Shown here one piece after another: positions 1 through 9,289 of a stretch of 64,000 bases of DNA; position 1 is the first letter of the stretch; every line of letters starts with the position of its first letter. The translations under genes and the position numbers were made by a program. Source of the DNA: an uncultured Planctomycetales bacterium (GTDB lineage Bacteria > Omnitrophota > Gorgyraeia > Zapsychrales > Fredricksoniimonadaceae). The stretch lies in contig CAZNDZ010000002.1 of assembly GCA_964572155.1 (NCBI GenBank), positions 83,089 through 147,088 on the forward strand, given 5' to 3'. A model generated the notes under the pieces. The model did not search any database, had not been told where the DNA came from, and saw nothing but the letters and a program-made list of their open reading frames with translations.

Positions 1-275
1 TTTGCAACTGAATATAAGAATATTGATCCCAACAGCACTGATAATCGTCCACGCTTATCTCCTAGAATGCCCCACAAAAACCCTCCAACCAACATGCCAA
101 TCATTTGCATGTTAAGTAGAAGGACGCCGTTGGATAGGAGATCCGCCTCTGAAACGCCAATGCTTTGTAGACTTTTAACGCGAACGATACTAAAGAGGAT
201 TAAATCGTAGATATCGACAAAATATCCAAGGGAAGCAAGAATGACAGCAGCGATGATGTTTTTTCGTGAGCTCAA
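1..275 (-). CDS. MFS transporter (ProP/MHS-like), 3'-truncated by window edge; probable TTG start at 275
   Basis: Minus-strand translation from 275 reads MSSRKNIIAAVILASLGYFVDIYDLILFSIVRVKSLQSIGVSEADLLSNGVLLLNMQMIGMLVGGFLWGILGDKRGRLSVL, a typical MFS N-terminus. An in-frame TAA lies immediately upstream. It is absent from the ORF track because it has no ATG start. Confidence 0.45.
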   Translation of the reverse strand, partial: MSSRKNIIAAVILASLGYFVDIYDLILFSIVRVKSLQSIGVSEADLLSNGVLLLNMQMIGMLVGGFLWGILGDKRGRLSVLLGSIFLYSVA

Positions 276-500
276 TTAACTTATTTTTTTCAAAACAATT
301 TTTTCAGCTTCAATCCAATCTTGTTCTGGATTACCCCATTGGCCACCACGTTGCAAAAATAATTCATACGCCTTCATACGAATTTCATTTTGCAATTCTT
401 CATAGGATAATAAATTTTCAGAATCTTGAGATTTGATTGCTTTTTTTACAGCTCTGCGAGTGGTTGTTTTTTTGATAGCTGTTGTTTTAACGATGCGCAT
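276..500 (-). CDS. DUF2934 family small protein
   Basis: 74 aa. Motif AYELFLQRGGQWGNPEQDWIEAEK matches the DUF2934 signature (AYxxWxxxGxxxGxxxxDWxxAE). Confidence 0.6.
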   Translation of the reverse strand: MRIVKTTAIKKTTTRRAVKKAIKSQDSENLLSYEELQNEIRMKAYELFLQRGGQWGNPEQDWIEAEKIVLKKIS

Positions 501-560
501 AAAGCCCCCCTTGATCTTTTAATGGTTTATTATCTTCCCTAAACCATTATGCGTCAAGCA

Positions 561-1763
561 CTAAAGGCAATTTTTGATACCTGAGTTCTCTACTACATGA
601 CGAGCAAACGGAAATGCACACGTAAATGCCGGCGAGACAGCGTTTAAAATATGAACGCTTCTTCCATCACCTTCCACAACAAAGTCTTGAACCAGAGATA
701 ATTTTTCTTTATCTAAAAGTTGTGCGCGAATGCCTGGGGCTGTCCATTGGGTAAAACCTTTAGGATCAATCGACTCAACCATGGCCACAGCCAGCGACAC
801 GAAATAATCTTGATTATATTTTTGCATCTCTTCATGCGCCAAACTTCTAAAATTAAACGCATTGCTCAAATACAATTTTGATTCATAGAATAAAACCTGC
901 GCCAACTCCTTTAAATCAAATCGTTCCATGGCCTGATAATTCTCACGCCAAAATGCAGGAATCGCCGTTGGGCCAATTTTAATATCACCTGTCACTGTTT
1001 TTGTGTAATGCACACCTAAGAAAGGGTTCTTTAAATTTGGGACAGGATAAATATTGATTTTCACATCCGTCTTATTCTTCGTGTACTTCAAATACAATCC
1101 TTTAAATGGGATCATCGTGTACTTCTGACCAAAACCAAAATCTTGTGCGATCTTATCCGCGTACAGACCACCCGCATTGATAATAACGCCACCTTCGAAT
1201 GCCCCTTGCGTTGTTTCAATAACATTGCCCTGACGGCTCAAATATTTTGTATTGTACGAAAATTCAACGCCTTGTTGCTCAAGATCATTCTTAATCGATA
1301 AACATACTTGCTTAGGATCGACGCTTGCTGTATCCGGAGAATATAAAGCCCGCTTAAATGTTTTTACGTTGGGTTCAATCTCCTTTGCTTGTGCTTCCGT
1401 AATTAAGGAAACATTGGACCCATTGCGTAACCCGCGTTTGAGCAATTCATCTAATTGCCCTAATTCATACTCATTTTGCGCAACAACTAATTTGCCACAT
1501 TCATTAATGGCCAAGCCCTTGGATTTAACATAGGCTTTCATCGCACGACTACCATCTACGGTAAACTTAGCCTTTAAACTATCAGCCGTATAATAAAAAC
1601 CTGCGTGCAACACGCCGCTATTGCGCCCCGAAGCATGCTGCGCTTGAGATTCTTCTTTATCGAGGATTAAAACCGACGCCTTAGGTTTGCGTTCTTTAAT
1701 CGCATACCCCAACGTTAAACCAATGATCCCTGAACCAATAATTACAAAATCAAATTTTTTCAT
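561..1763 (-). CDS. lhgO: L-2-hydroxyglutarate oxidase/dehydrogenase (FAD-dependent)
   Basis: N-terminal FAD Rossmann motif FDFVIIGSGIIGLT followed by GRNSGVLHAGFYY. 400 aa, co-linear with LhgO/YgaF. Confidence 0.75.
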   Translation of the reverse strand: MKKFDFVIIGSGIIGLTLGYAIKERKPKASVLILDKEESQAQHASGRNSGVLHAGFYYTADSLKAKFTVDGSRAMKAYVKSKGLAINECGKLVVAQNEYELGQLDELLKRGLRNGSNVSLITEAQAKEIEPNVKTFKRALYSPDTASVDPKQVCLSIKNDLEQQGVEFSYNTKYLSRQGNVIETTQGAFEGGVIINAGGLYADKIAQDFGFGQKYTMIPFKGLYLKYTKNKTDVKINIYPVPNLKNPFLGVHYTKTVTGDIKIGPTAIPAFWRENYQAMERFDLKELAQVLFYESKLYLSNAFNFRSLAHEEMQKYNQDYFVSLAVAMVESIDPKGFTQWTAPGIRAQLLDKEKLSLVQDFVVEGDGRSVHILNAVSPAFTCAFPFARHVVENSGIKNCL

Positions 1764-1818
1764 GGTTGCAATATATCAAAATAAGTTTTAAGTTAATAGA
1801 AAAAAATAAGGAGATAAT

Positions 1819-2040
1819 ATGAGCCAACAAACCCCCATTCTGATGAAAATGCAACCCGGCAAATACGTTTGGTGCACCTGCGGCCAATCCACCAAACAAC
1901 CCTTCTGCGATGGCAGCCACGGCCCAACCGGCATGCGTCCTATGTTTGTAGAAATTACGGAAGAAAAGACAGTTGCGTGGTGCACCTGCAAAACCAGCAA
2001 CAACAAACCATTCTGCGACGGGTCACATAATAAACGTTAA
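1819..2040 (+). CDS. CDGSH iron-sulfur domain protein (two CDGSH motifs)
   Basis: Two copies of C-x-C-x(5-7)-PFCDGSH in 73 aa. Confidence 0.85.
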   Translation: MSQQTPILMKMQPGKYVWCTCGQSTKQPFCDGSHGPTGMRPMFVEITEEKTVAWCTCKTSNNKPFCDGSHNKR

Positions 2041-5000
2041 TTAACAACACCAAGGAAGGATTTCAAACCACCCACATCACCAACAGGCTTCATATCCAAA
2101 ACCACCGGCTCAAAACCAGCTGCATCACGTAATTGCGCCAACATTTCAGGCGTAACCTTAAAAGCAATCGCCCCCCCTTGATTCTGCAATTCCAAATTCA
2201 ATCGATCCGACTTTAAGTCGATACCGCCCAAATTTGACTGTGCTTTATTGGGCTGAGCCTCCTTCATCGAATTAACTCTTGCATAAATACTATTAGCAAA
2301 CGACATTGCATCCGTAAAACTTCGTTTAACAAAAACATCTTCCAGCGCTTTGACTTTATCTAAAGATTGTCGCACTCGCATTGCTTCTTGTGTTGTTAAA
2401 TTAATTTCACCTAAATAATCACCATTATTGACTGTTAAACGAACAAAATATGGATTTGCCGCTACATCTTTAATAAATATTTGATGATCTTTATTCTTAA
2501 TGGCCTCTACTTCTTGAAAGAAAATGCTCTCTGAAACCCTTAATTGAGGATTAGTAATCATTAAGTTCTTTTCCTTCTTTGATGTCTTTGATAGCCATTC
2601 AATAAAGGTGCTTGGGTCTTCGACTAAACTGTTAAAACTATTTTGAACCAAATCCACTTGCACACTGCTCATTGCTTCATTTGAACGACCAACAACTTTA
2701 CTCACTTCGGCACTGATATCACTCTTTTCAGCAGGCTCTAAATCGTTCCACCTACTTGTAATTAATTTTTGTATTGCGTCAGAACTTACATTCTTATCTT
2801 CAACCTCTATTGTCAAAGGCTGTGTTGCTTCTGTAGATTTTTTAGATGTTAATGGTAATTGCATTTTATAAAGTCTGTGTTTTTCTTGAAACCAAGGGTC
2901 CTTTGTAATTTTCCATAATAATTGTTTTAGGATTTCTGACGATTTCATATTCTTTTTCTCTGTTAACACAGCCAATTTGGCAGCTGTTGCTGTGGCAAAG
3001 AATAATACAGTTGGTTTTTCCGCTAAACGCCATTTGCTGCCGTGATATAACATGTAATTCTGAAAAGAATCAGGAAATGAAACCTCTAATTCCAAGTAAG
3101 AATAGCCAGCGCTCTCAGCTGTGCTTTTAATAACATTACTCATCTTGATGAAAAGCTTACCGAATGCATTTGATCCATATTGTTGGGATGGAAATAATGT
3201 GCGTTCTTTCTCAAATAAACTCATTAATAACGTATCAATGTTAGGATCTCCTGCTTTCAGCCAATCTTGTATAGTGTCTTTAATCTGTTTACGTGTTAAT
3301 CCACGTACAGCCCATGCGAATACGCGCGTTAATGGTTCAATATTCTTTCCTGCAACTTCAAAGTTAGTGTTTCCTTCAGCTTGATTTAATATATCTTTCA
3401 TCTTCTTACTACCTAAAATAGTTGTTAATACTTTCTTACTAGGCTTTGATATTTCAAATGCTCGAGAAAACTTATCATTAAAAGTGCTCGATTGTTCTAG
3501 AAGAAGATTGGCCAACTCTTCATATGCTTCCAATGTTTCATCTGCATAATAGTCTTCGTTAATAACTGGATTAATAACTATAACTTTGCCATCCACATCA
3601 TCAATGTCTCTCAAATATAATCGTCTAATCTTTACGCCGCCTAAACCAGTTGCAACCAGCTCAACTTGCCCGACAGCTTGTTTAACTTGATTTGTTTCTC
3701 GAAACATTTGTAAGACCAAAGAAGGCGCGTCACCAGCTCTATTAACTGTTGCTGCAACCTTAATCAAAGGATCCTTCTTCATGATCATTTCCAACTCTCT
3801 CTTTAAAACTTTTCCAATGCCTTCTAATCGTTCAAGGTCTTGAACAAACATTGTCTGCGATGTTTTAATTTGAACATTAACAGCATCCTTACCGCGCAAC
3901 TTATCTACCAGCCCCTTAATCTGTATACCTGCTGCAACAAAATATGCCGTAGCTACAACTGGCGTGTTACTAAAGAATGTTGGATATTCTTTAACAATTG
4001 TTTCTAGATTCGCAATAGACATTGCGGAATCTGTAAGAACAACCCCACCAGAAAAATATTTCCTCGGTATCGTTTGATTGGTATTAATGTCGATGTCTTC
4101 TTTTACATAGTTATAAACACCTTTTTTGAAGGCTTCGACATAACGATTGTAGATTTCTTGTTTTTGTTGGGGATTATCAATGGATACGCCGGCTATTTTG
4201 TTTTGATCTAGATAGACGGAGCTTAAGATGCCGTCTTTAATTTTTTTCTTGTACCATGCTGCAAGAATGTAGGCGTAATAGACTTGGCGCATTTTGATGA
4301 AATTGGCGCCTTGATTTACTTCTTGGGTTAACATTGGGATAACAATCTCTCGTACAACTTGAGAACCAATGGAATGATTGTCTTTAGACGTTGTATTATT
4401 TTTATCTAAGGCTAAATAATCTTCTTCAAGCATGACCTTTAAACTTGCATCTACAATATAGGCGGTGCCATTTTGAGCGTTTTCGTAAACCACGGCTTTG
4501 TTTGGCACGATCCAAACTTTATTAAAGGTATTCACAGGAATATTGGAGGTTCCAAATTTCTTCTGGGCCTCAGCATAAACACGATCCCAAAATTTCTTAC
4601 CAACTTCTTTTTCAGGGTAAATTAAACTCGCGGTGACTTGTTTTAACAAATAGTCTTGTGCTAAAAGATCGCGTCCCATGGTGGTTTGGCCAAAGCTTTC
4701 TGGGACGATGCGTTCTTTTTCGTAGGGTGACAAGTTAACCCATAAATCTTTTTCTGGGGTTGTCAGGCTTGCTAAAAAGTATTTGATCAAATTCGTGGTT
4801 GTGGCTTTTAATGTTTCATCGGAACTATTGTCTTGTCCACGGTCTAAGATAAAATCGAATTTGAAAGGATTATCAGGGTGAACCTTAATACCTTTAAGCT
4901 TTGCGGCTTTTAGGGCATCACTTAAAGGAACCATGACACCTGGCGCAGGCAAAACTAGCTCGTTTGCCCTAACTTGGGTTATCCCAAGAGAGGTGGCCAG

Positions 5001-5072
5001 AAAAGTCACTGCAACTATCATCGAAAGAAATGGGGTTTTCGTTCTCATACTAAGAGTATGGAACACGTGCAA
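2037..5072 (-). CDS. Large secreted protein of unknown function (1011 aa, N-terminal signal peptide)
   Basis: Long intact ORF with a hydrophobic signal-like N-terminus (LSMIVAVTFLATSLGITQVRA). No recognisable catalytic motif. Confidence 0.55.
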   Translation of the reverse strand: MHVFHTLSMRTKTPFLSMIVAVTFLATSLGITQVRANELVLPAPGVMVPLSDALKAAKLKGIKVHPDNPFKFDFILDRGQDNSSDETLKATTTNLIKYFLASLTTPEKDLWVNLSPYEKERIVPESFGQTTMGRDLLAQDYLLKQVTASLIYPEKEVGKKFWDRVYAEAQKKFGTSNIPVNTFNKVWIVPNKAVVYENAQNGTAYIVDASLKVMLEEDYLALDKNNTTSKDNHSIGSQVVREIVIPMLTQEVNQGANFIKMRQVYYAYILAAWYKKKIKDGILSSVYLDQNKIAGVSIDNPQQKQEIYNRYVEAFKKGVYNYVKEDIDINTNQTIPRKYFSGGVVLTDSAMSIANLETIVKEYPTFFSNTPVVATAYFVAAGIQIKGLVDKLRGKDAVNVQIKTSQTMFVQDLERLEGIGKVLKRELEMIMKKDPLIKVAATVNRAGDAPSLVLQMFRETNQVKQAVGQVELVATGLGGVKIRRLYLRDIDDVDGKVIVINPVINEDYYADETLEAYEELANLLLEQSSTFNDKFSRAFEISKPSKKVLTTILGSKKMKDILNQAEGNTNFEVAGKNIEPLTRVFAWAVRGLTRKQIKDTIQDWLKAGDPNIDTLLMSLFEKERTLFPSQQYGSNAFGKLFIKMSNVIKSTAESAGYSYLELEVSFPDSFQNYMLYHGSKWRLAEKPTVLFFATATAAKLAVLTEKKNMKSSEILKQLLWKITKDPWFQEKHRLYKMQLPLTSKKSTEATQPLTIEVEDKNVSSDAIQKLITSRWNDLEPAEKSDISAEVSKVVGRSNEAMSSVQVDLVQNSFNSLVEDPSTFIEWLSKTSKKEKNLMITNPQLRVSESIFFQEVEAIKNKDHQIFIKDVAANPYFVRLTVNNGDYLGEINLTTQEAMRVRQSLDKVKALEDVFVKRSFTDAMSFANSIYARVNSMKEAQPNKAQSNLGGIDLKSDRLNLELQNQGGAIAFKVTPEMLAQLRDAAGFEPVVLDMKPVGDVGGLKSFLGVVN

Positions 5073-5136
5073 GGGTCAATCAAGGCGAGAAAACGCTAAC
5101 TGGGAAATCGGTTTCTTCGACGAGAATAAAAAGCGG

Positions 5137-5727
5137 TTACTTCTTTATGATAAAAATACAGCTATACGCAAAGAGATTTCTTTTGATAAATACTTCGCTG
5201 TTCGGCCCAAGGGCGCGTTCGCGTTCGATCGTGATGTGACGATCACGGCAGAAATGACGAAAGTCTTTGATGGATAAGAAACGGATATTTGGGGTGTTAT
5301 ACCATTTATAAGGAAGACCTACCGTCACAGGGACTTGACCAAATAGCAGGATTTGTAAACGTGCTGTGATGTTACAGAAGTTTGGGATACCAACAATGAC
5401 CCGTTTGCCTACACGCAAGGCCTCGGCAATAACCTTCTCTGGGCTTAAGATTTCTTGCAAAGACTCATTTAGGATCACATAGTCAAAACGCTTATCGGAA
5501 TAATCTTCTAAACCAGAATCAATGTCCCCATGAGACACGGTGACACCACGTTCAACGCATTTATAGATTTCTTTTTCATCGATCTCAATACCGGTAGCAC
5601 GGCAATTCTTGTGCTTGATTAACAAATCCAAAAGCGTTCCATCCCCGCAGCCTAAGTCTAAGACATTGCTGTTGGGTTCGATCATTTCAATGATGTATTT
5701 ATGGTCTATACGGATATCAGCACTCAT
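5137..5727 (-). CDS. metW: Methionine biosynthesis protein MetW
   Basis: SAM-MTase-like motif VLDLGCGDGTLL. 196 aa. Start overlaps metX stop by 4 nt, the typical metXW arrangement. Confidence 0.8.
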   Translation of the reverse strand: MSADIRIDHKYIIEMIEPNSNVLDLGCGDGTLLDLLIKHKNCRATGIEIDEKEIYKCVERGVTVSHGDIDSGLEDYSDKRFDYVILNESLQEILSPEKVIAEALRVGKRVIVGIPNFCNITARLQILLFGQVPVTVGLPYKWYNTPNIRFLSIKDFRHFCRDRHITIERERALGPNSEVFIKRNLFAYSCIFIIKK

Positions 5728-6836
5728 GTGACATTGTTTAAAAAGTTTCTAACAAGTTTTGATTGGCCATCGATTTCAACTAAGAATGAATCATGACCGT
5801 AATCGGTCTTTATTTCAATAAAAGAAATATCCAAATCATTGGCCTTCATAGCCTTGACCATTTCTTTGCTTTGATACGACGGATAAAGCCAGTCTGATGT
5901 GAAGGTAACAATCAAGAACTTTGATTTTGCCGGCTTAAACGTTTTTTGTAAATCCCCTTCTTCGGATAAATCAAAATAGTCTAACGCCTTTGATAAATAC
6001 AAATAACTATTCGCATCAAAACGGCTGACAAAACTTTCGCCGCGATATTTCAAATAATTTTCGACTTCAAAATCATGAGAAAAATCGTAACCAAGTTTTT
6101 GTTTATCTTTAAGACGACGTCCAAACTTTTCTTCCATGGACTTTTCGCTCATGTAGGTGATATGCCCAATCATGCGCGACACCGACATGCCTTGTGCTGG
6201 CAGAGTTTTATCGTAATAATCACCCTTGTTCCAATTTGGATCGGACATGATGGCTTGACGGGCCACTTCATGCAAAGCAATTTGCTGGGCCGTATGTCGG
6301 TAATTAGTTGCGATTAAAATGCATGACCTTAAGGTGTCTGGGTACAACACCGACCACTTAAGTGCCATCAAACCACCCATGGAGCCACCGCAAGCCGAAT
6401 ATAATTTCTTAATGCCTAAATGATCGATCAAATGTTTTTGGGCAACAACCATGTCTTCAACCGTGATCACAGGAAAGGTCAAACCATATGGCTTGCCTGT
6501 AGCGGGATTGATCGACGACGGACCCGTTGAACCTTTGCAACCGCCAATGACATTGGAACAGATGATAAAATATTTATCCGTGTCAAAAGCTTTGCCGGGC
6601 CCGATCATATCATCCCACCAGCCTGGATGCTTATCCCCTTCACGCCAAAAGGCAGCATGGGCATCGCCTGTTAGGGCATGGAAAATAAGAATGGCATTGC
6701 TGCGATCCGCGTTTAACTTACCGTAAGTCTCGTAAGCCAAGGTGATCGGACCAAATTTAATGCCGCTCTTTAAAACCAATTCATTGGGAGATTCGGCAAA
6801 CTTAAAATATTGTGTTTGAACGTATGTTTTTTCCAT
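5724..6836 (-). CDS. metX: Homoserine O-acetyltransferase MetX
   Basis: Alpha/beta hydrolase with GGSMGG nucleophile elbow. 370 aa. MetX-like throughout. Confidence 0.9.
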   Translation of the reverse strand: MEKTYVQTQYFKFAESPNELVLKSGIKFGPITLAYETYGKLNADRSNAILIFHALTGDAHAAFWREGDKHPGWWDDMIGPGKAFDTDKYFIICSNVIGGCKGSTGPSSINPATGKPYGLTFPVITVEDMVVAQKHLIDHLGIKKLYSACGGSMGGLMALKWSVLYPDTLRSCILIATNYRHTAQQIALHEVARQAIMSDPNWNKGDYYDKTLPAQGMSVSRMIGHITYMSEKSMEEKFGRRLKDKQKLGYDFSHDFEVENYLKYRGESFVSRFDANSYLYLSKALDYFDLSEEGDLQKTFKPAKSKFLIVTFTSDWLYPSYQSKEMVKAMKANDLDISFIEIKTDYGHDSFLVEIDGQSKLVRNFLNNVT

Positions 6837-7864
6837 TAGGTATTTGCGTATTTAAACATGGCTTCTAAAGATTTTAATGCCCTTAAACGAATGTCTTCTG
6901 AAAATTCCACGCGGTCTTTTGGTAACGGATTCTTTAAGACACGTAAGATATCTTCGAGTGTATTGCTCTTCATGTACCGGCACATGGTGCAACTGCCAAC
7001 GAGTTTCTTATCAGAAAATTCAGATTGCAGGCGCGCCGATAAACCACATTCTGTAAGCATCAGAAATTCTTTTGAATCTGTTTGTCGCATATACCCAAGC
7101 ATTTGCTCAGTTGAGCCAACAAAATCGGAATTATCCACAATGGTGGAATTACATTCAGGATGGCTGACGATTTTGGCGTTGGGGTATTCTAAACGTACTT
7201 TTAAAATTTGTTCAATCCCATAATCTTCATGCACGTAACAGGTGCCGTTGAAATATTGAATGTCTTTCTTAACACCTTTGCGTGCTAGAGAGTTCTTTAA
7301 ATTCTCGCCCATCAATTTATCTGGGAGAAAATAGATCTTATCATTAGGGATGGCTTCCGCAATTTTATAAACATTTGCCGATGTTACACAAACATCACAC
7401 TCGGCTTTAACTTCTGCCGTCGTGTTAACATAGCAAATGAATGTATAATCAGGATATTGTTTACGTAATGCACGCACTTGGTTTGCGTCAATGGCATCCG
7501 CTAACGTACATCCATCTAACTTTGCAGGGATTAAAACTTCTTTATCTGGGTTTAAAATCTTTGCCGTCTCCCCCATAAAACGCACCGCTGTAAAAACAAT
7601 CGTCGATGCTTTTGTGTTCATGGCATCACAACTTAACTTATAGGAATCGCCAACAAAGTCGGACACCCCATATATGATTTCAGGCGTAATATAGGAATGG
7701 GCGAGGATAACCGCGTTTTTTTCTTCCTTAAGGTCATTGATTTCATTAATGAGCGGCACCAATTCTTCGCATTTGCGTAGCGAATATTGGCACACGGTCC
7801 CACCAAGCTTAATGTTCTTAAGCTTTGCAAATAAACCTTCGGCTGTGATGTGTGTTTTAATCAT
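6836..7864 (-). CDS. nadA: Quinolinate synthase NadA
   Basis: 342 aa. Conserved NadA blocks (AHSY, cysteine ligands, VHEDYGIE-like region). Confidence 0.9.
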   Translation of the reverse strand: MIKTHITAEGLFAKLKNIKLGGTVCQYSLRKCEELVPLINEINDLKEEKNAVILAHSYITPEIIYGVSDFVGDSYKLSCDAMNTKASTIVFTAVRFMGETAKILNPDKEVLIPAKLDGCTLADAIDANQVRALRKQYPDYTFICYVNTTAEVKAECDVCVTSANVYKIAEAIPNDKIYFLPDKLMGENLKNSLARKGVKKDIQYFNGTCYVHEDYGIEQILKVRLEYPNAKIVSHPECNSTIVDNSDFVGSTEQMLGYMRQTDSKEFLMLTECGLSARLQSEFSDKKLVGSCTMCRYMKSNTLEDILRVLKNPLPKDRVEFSEDIRLRALKSLEAMFKYANT

Positions 7865-7888
7865 AATTAAACGCTTAATATATATCTT

Positions 7889-9289
7889 TTAGGAGTTTGT
7901 GGCAAGAACTTCCGCTTTAAGAACATGCGGTGTGGCGTCTGTGATACGGACCTTTAAAAATGAGCCGACTTCATAATCACCCTCAGGAAAAGTGACCAAT
8001 TTTCCACCATCATTACGGCCAACTTTATCACGCAGACTGCGAGGATTTGTTGGGTTTTCAACCAAAATGGTATGCACTTCACCAATGTGTGCTTTATTTT
8101 TCTTTAAAGTAATTTCCTTTTGAATCTCATTTAAACGCATGATGCGTTCTGTTTTCTTCGCCTCTGTTACATCATCCGGAAATTTCTTCGAAGCAATAGT
8201 CCCTTTTCGTTCGGAATACTTAAACATAAACGCCACATCAAACTCCACCTCTTTGATAACCTTAATGGTGTCTTCAAACTCATCGTCAGTTTCCGTCGGA
8301 AAACCAACAATGATATCGGTGCTTAAGATAACGCCTGGGATACGATCGCGCATTTTTTGAGCTAGACTCAAAAATTCTTCTTTTGTATATGTTCGATTCA
8401 TCACATCTAATATGCGGTTGTTGCCTGCTTGCAATGGCATATGCATTTGTTTACAAATCTTGGGATTGTCACGCATGAGCGCAATAAATTTATCTGGAAA
8501 ATCTTTAGGGTGTGGCGACGTAAAACGAATGCGTTCGATCCCTTTAACACGACTTACCGCATCCATCAAATCCGCAAAATCACCTTCTTCATGACGATAG
8601 GAATTTACATTTTGGCCAAGCAAGGTCACTTGTTTAAACCCTTGAGCCGCGAGCCCTTCAACTTCTTCAATGACATTTGAGATGGACCGACTGCGTTCTC
8701 GCCCACGCGTATACGGCACCACGCAAAACGTACAAAAATTATTACACCCACGCATAACCGCAATCCATGCATTTATCCCATCTTTACGACTAGGCGTCAC
8801 ATCCGAATACGTCTCAAATTCTGACAAGGTCACATCATAAGGCTTCTCACCTTCACCCACAGCCTCCCGAATCAAATCCGGCAACCGCTTATAACTATCC
8901 GGCCCCGCAATAAAATCAATCTTCAAACTACGATCCTCAAAAATCTCCTGCCGCAAATTAGTAGCCATACATCCCAAAATACCAATAAGCACCGGCTTAT
9001 CCCCTCGATCATGCCGTAAATTATGCACCCGCCCATAAACCTTCTGATGCGCCTTCTCCCGAATAGCACACGTATTAAGCATCACAATATCCGCATCCTG
9101 TTCCTTAGACACGAATTCGTAGTTTTCTTTACGCAAAATAGAACGTACGAGCTCTGAATCATACTCGTTCATTTGGCATCCATAGGTCTCCAAAAGCACG
9201 CGCTTTCCAATTGAGGAAGATTGCGGTTTTTGTTCTGGATTTCCGACTGTGTTGCCGTTGTTTGTGGTCTTTTGTTGCTGTTCTTCCAT
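7889..9289 (-). CDS. miaB: tRNA-i6A37 methylthiotransferase MiaB (radical SAM)
   Basis: UPF0004 N-domain TYGCQMNEYDSE, radical-SAM CNNFCTFC and a TRAM C-terminus. The first 30 aa (Q/N/T-rich) overlap the recombinase ORF in another frame. An alternative GTG start at 9199 would give MLLETYGCQM. Confidence 0.85.
   Translation of the reverse strand: MEEQQQKTTNNGNTVGNPEQKPQSSSIGKRVLLETYGCQMNEYDSELVRSILRKENYEFVSKEQDADIVMLNTCAIREKAHQKVYGRVHNLRHDRGDKPVLIGILGCMATNLRQEIFEDRSLKIDFIAGPDSYKRLPDLIREAVGEGEKPYDVTLSEFETYSDVTPSRKDGINAWIAVMRGCNNFCTFCVVPYTRGRERSRSISNVIEEVEGLAAQGFKQVTLLGQNVNSYRHEEGDFADLMDAVSRVKGIERIRFTSPHPKDFPDKFIALMRDNPKICKQMHMPLQAGNNRILDVMNRTYTKEEFLSLAQKMRDRIPGVILSTDIIVGFPTETDDEFEDTIKVIKEVEFDVAFMFKYSERKGTIASKKFPDDVTEAKKTERIMRLNEIQKEITLKKNKAHIGEVHTILVENPTNPRSLRDKVGRNDGGKLVTFPEGDYEVGSFLKVRITDATPHVLKAEVLATNS

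Noticed and set aside
1252-1533. Opposite-strand ORFs nested inside long genes, also 3121-3384, 6075-6317, 16434-16619, 20997-21287, 37327-37732, 42287-42855, 52249-52561, 58217-58450, 59028-59257, 62897-63300
   Set aside because: Each is entirely antisense to, or embedded in, a long ORF with clear homology. They are low-complexity or compositionally odd and have no start context. They are treated as shadow ORFs.
9169-9289. Recombinase/miaB 120-nt overlap as evidence of a frameshifted pseudogene
   Set aside because: Both reading frames are open and each protein is full-length with all catalytic motifs. The overlap is better explained by recombinase 3' read-through and/or a downstream GTG start for miaB.
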